This document shows, piece by piece, positions 63,161 to 64,000 of a stretch of DNA of 64,000 nucleotides. The stretch comes from Podarcis pityusensis. Taxonomy: Eukaryota. The DNA is taken from NCBI GenBank assembly GCA_964106645.2, contig OZ067043.1; one strand, written 5' to 3'. The position numbers were made by a program, and so were the translations under genes. The notes beneath the pieces are model-generated. The model was not told the origin of the DNA and did no database searches. It saw only the letters and a list, made by a program, of their open reading frames with translations. Every line of letters starts with the position of its first letter. The first letter of the stretch is position 1.

Positions 63161-63402
63161 CACTGTTTTCCCCCAGCCTGGTGCCCTGGACTGCAACTCC
63201 CACCATCCCTGAATTTTGGCCATGCTGGCTTGGGCTTCTGGGAGTTGTAGTCCAAAACATCTTTACACTTGCTTTTGACACTTGAGATGTACGTTTTTAG
63301 GACCTACCTCATTTCTACGATTGTTAGTTGTTTTAATCTGTTTTTAATATTGTGTTTGAACTGTTGTAACCCACCCTGGGACCTTAGGGTAATGGGTGGG
63401 TA

Positions 63403-63435
<33 letters not shown>

Positions 63436-63463
63436 CTGCAGAGCACCAGGTCAGGGGAGGCTG
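63161..63463. mobile_element. hAT-like MITE split by a LINE (L2-like) 3' fragment with (TAA)n tail at 63263-63433
   Basis: Ends cccagcctggtgccct / agagcaccaggtcagggg; insertion flanked by ATCT (63259-63262, 63434-63437). Confidence 0.65.
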
Positions 63464-64000
63464 GCTTAATCTGTTGTTTGCAATTAGGAAGCATTTAGCT
63501 GATCATTGCAAAGGTGCAGCAGCAGCAGCAAAGTAGAACTGCTTTTTTGGAATTGGTGGAGGTTGCATAACAGCCAAATGGCGATCCAGGATTCCGTGCG
63601 CTGCTCCAGTTGGCTGCCCCAGTCTTTGCTCTGAGACAACAGCCAAAACTGCAGAGTTTCTCTCCCCCATCTCTTCCACAGGCTCCCAGTATCCCAGCCA
63701 AAGAATCTTCTTCCTCCTGCCCTTCCTTTCTATTCCCTTTGAATGGAACCAACCACTTGGGGCTAATTCCATATAAAATTGGCTTTCCTTGCATGTGAGC
63801 TGAATGCATGATGATTTGATGCCACCAATAATGGCTTTTGGTGTTTGGGGCAGTGCGGATGAGGCAGGAGGAGTGCAAGATGGGTCTGTTCTGTGATCAT
63901 TCATTCGGAAGATGGAGCTGATCTTCCTCTGAGCTCTGAGATTCTGTTATCAGTGCCTGGAAGACGAGGGAGAATGCTGGGAGATTTTTGGCTGTCCTAT

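Overview
Vertebrate genomic DNA, very likely from a squamate reptile and probably a lacertid lizard (Sauria-type SINE, BovB, CR1 and MITE repertoire). Three genes lie head-to-tail on the + strand, in the order known from human 1p13.3. (1) The 3' part of ELAPOR1/KIAA1324: 19 coding exons, 6976-25685, with the 5' exons upstream of the window. (2) The complete cytosolic seryl-tRNA synthetase gene SARS1: 11 exons, 32625-45969, 1545 nt = 514 aa + stop. (3) The CpG-island promoter and very large first exon of CELSR2 (59367-62832; signal peptide, prodomain, cadherin repeats). All splice junctions were read by hand; they are GT-AG and keep the reading frame. The rest is intron/intergenic DNA with SINEs, LINE 3' fragments, MITEs and microsatellites. 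I found no convincing wholly new biological system. The best leads are a decayed PIF/Harbinger transposase in an ELAPOR1 intron, a candidate alternative last exon or micro-exon of ELAPOR1, a hAT MITE carrying a consensus NF-kB site next to the SARS1 promoter, an ATF4-type CARE in SARS1 intron 1, a multi-hairpin Tc1/mariner MITE, and uORFs upstream of CELSR2. Repeat boundaries are approximate and repeat family names come from recognition, not database searches.
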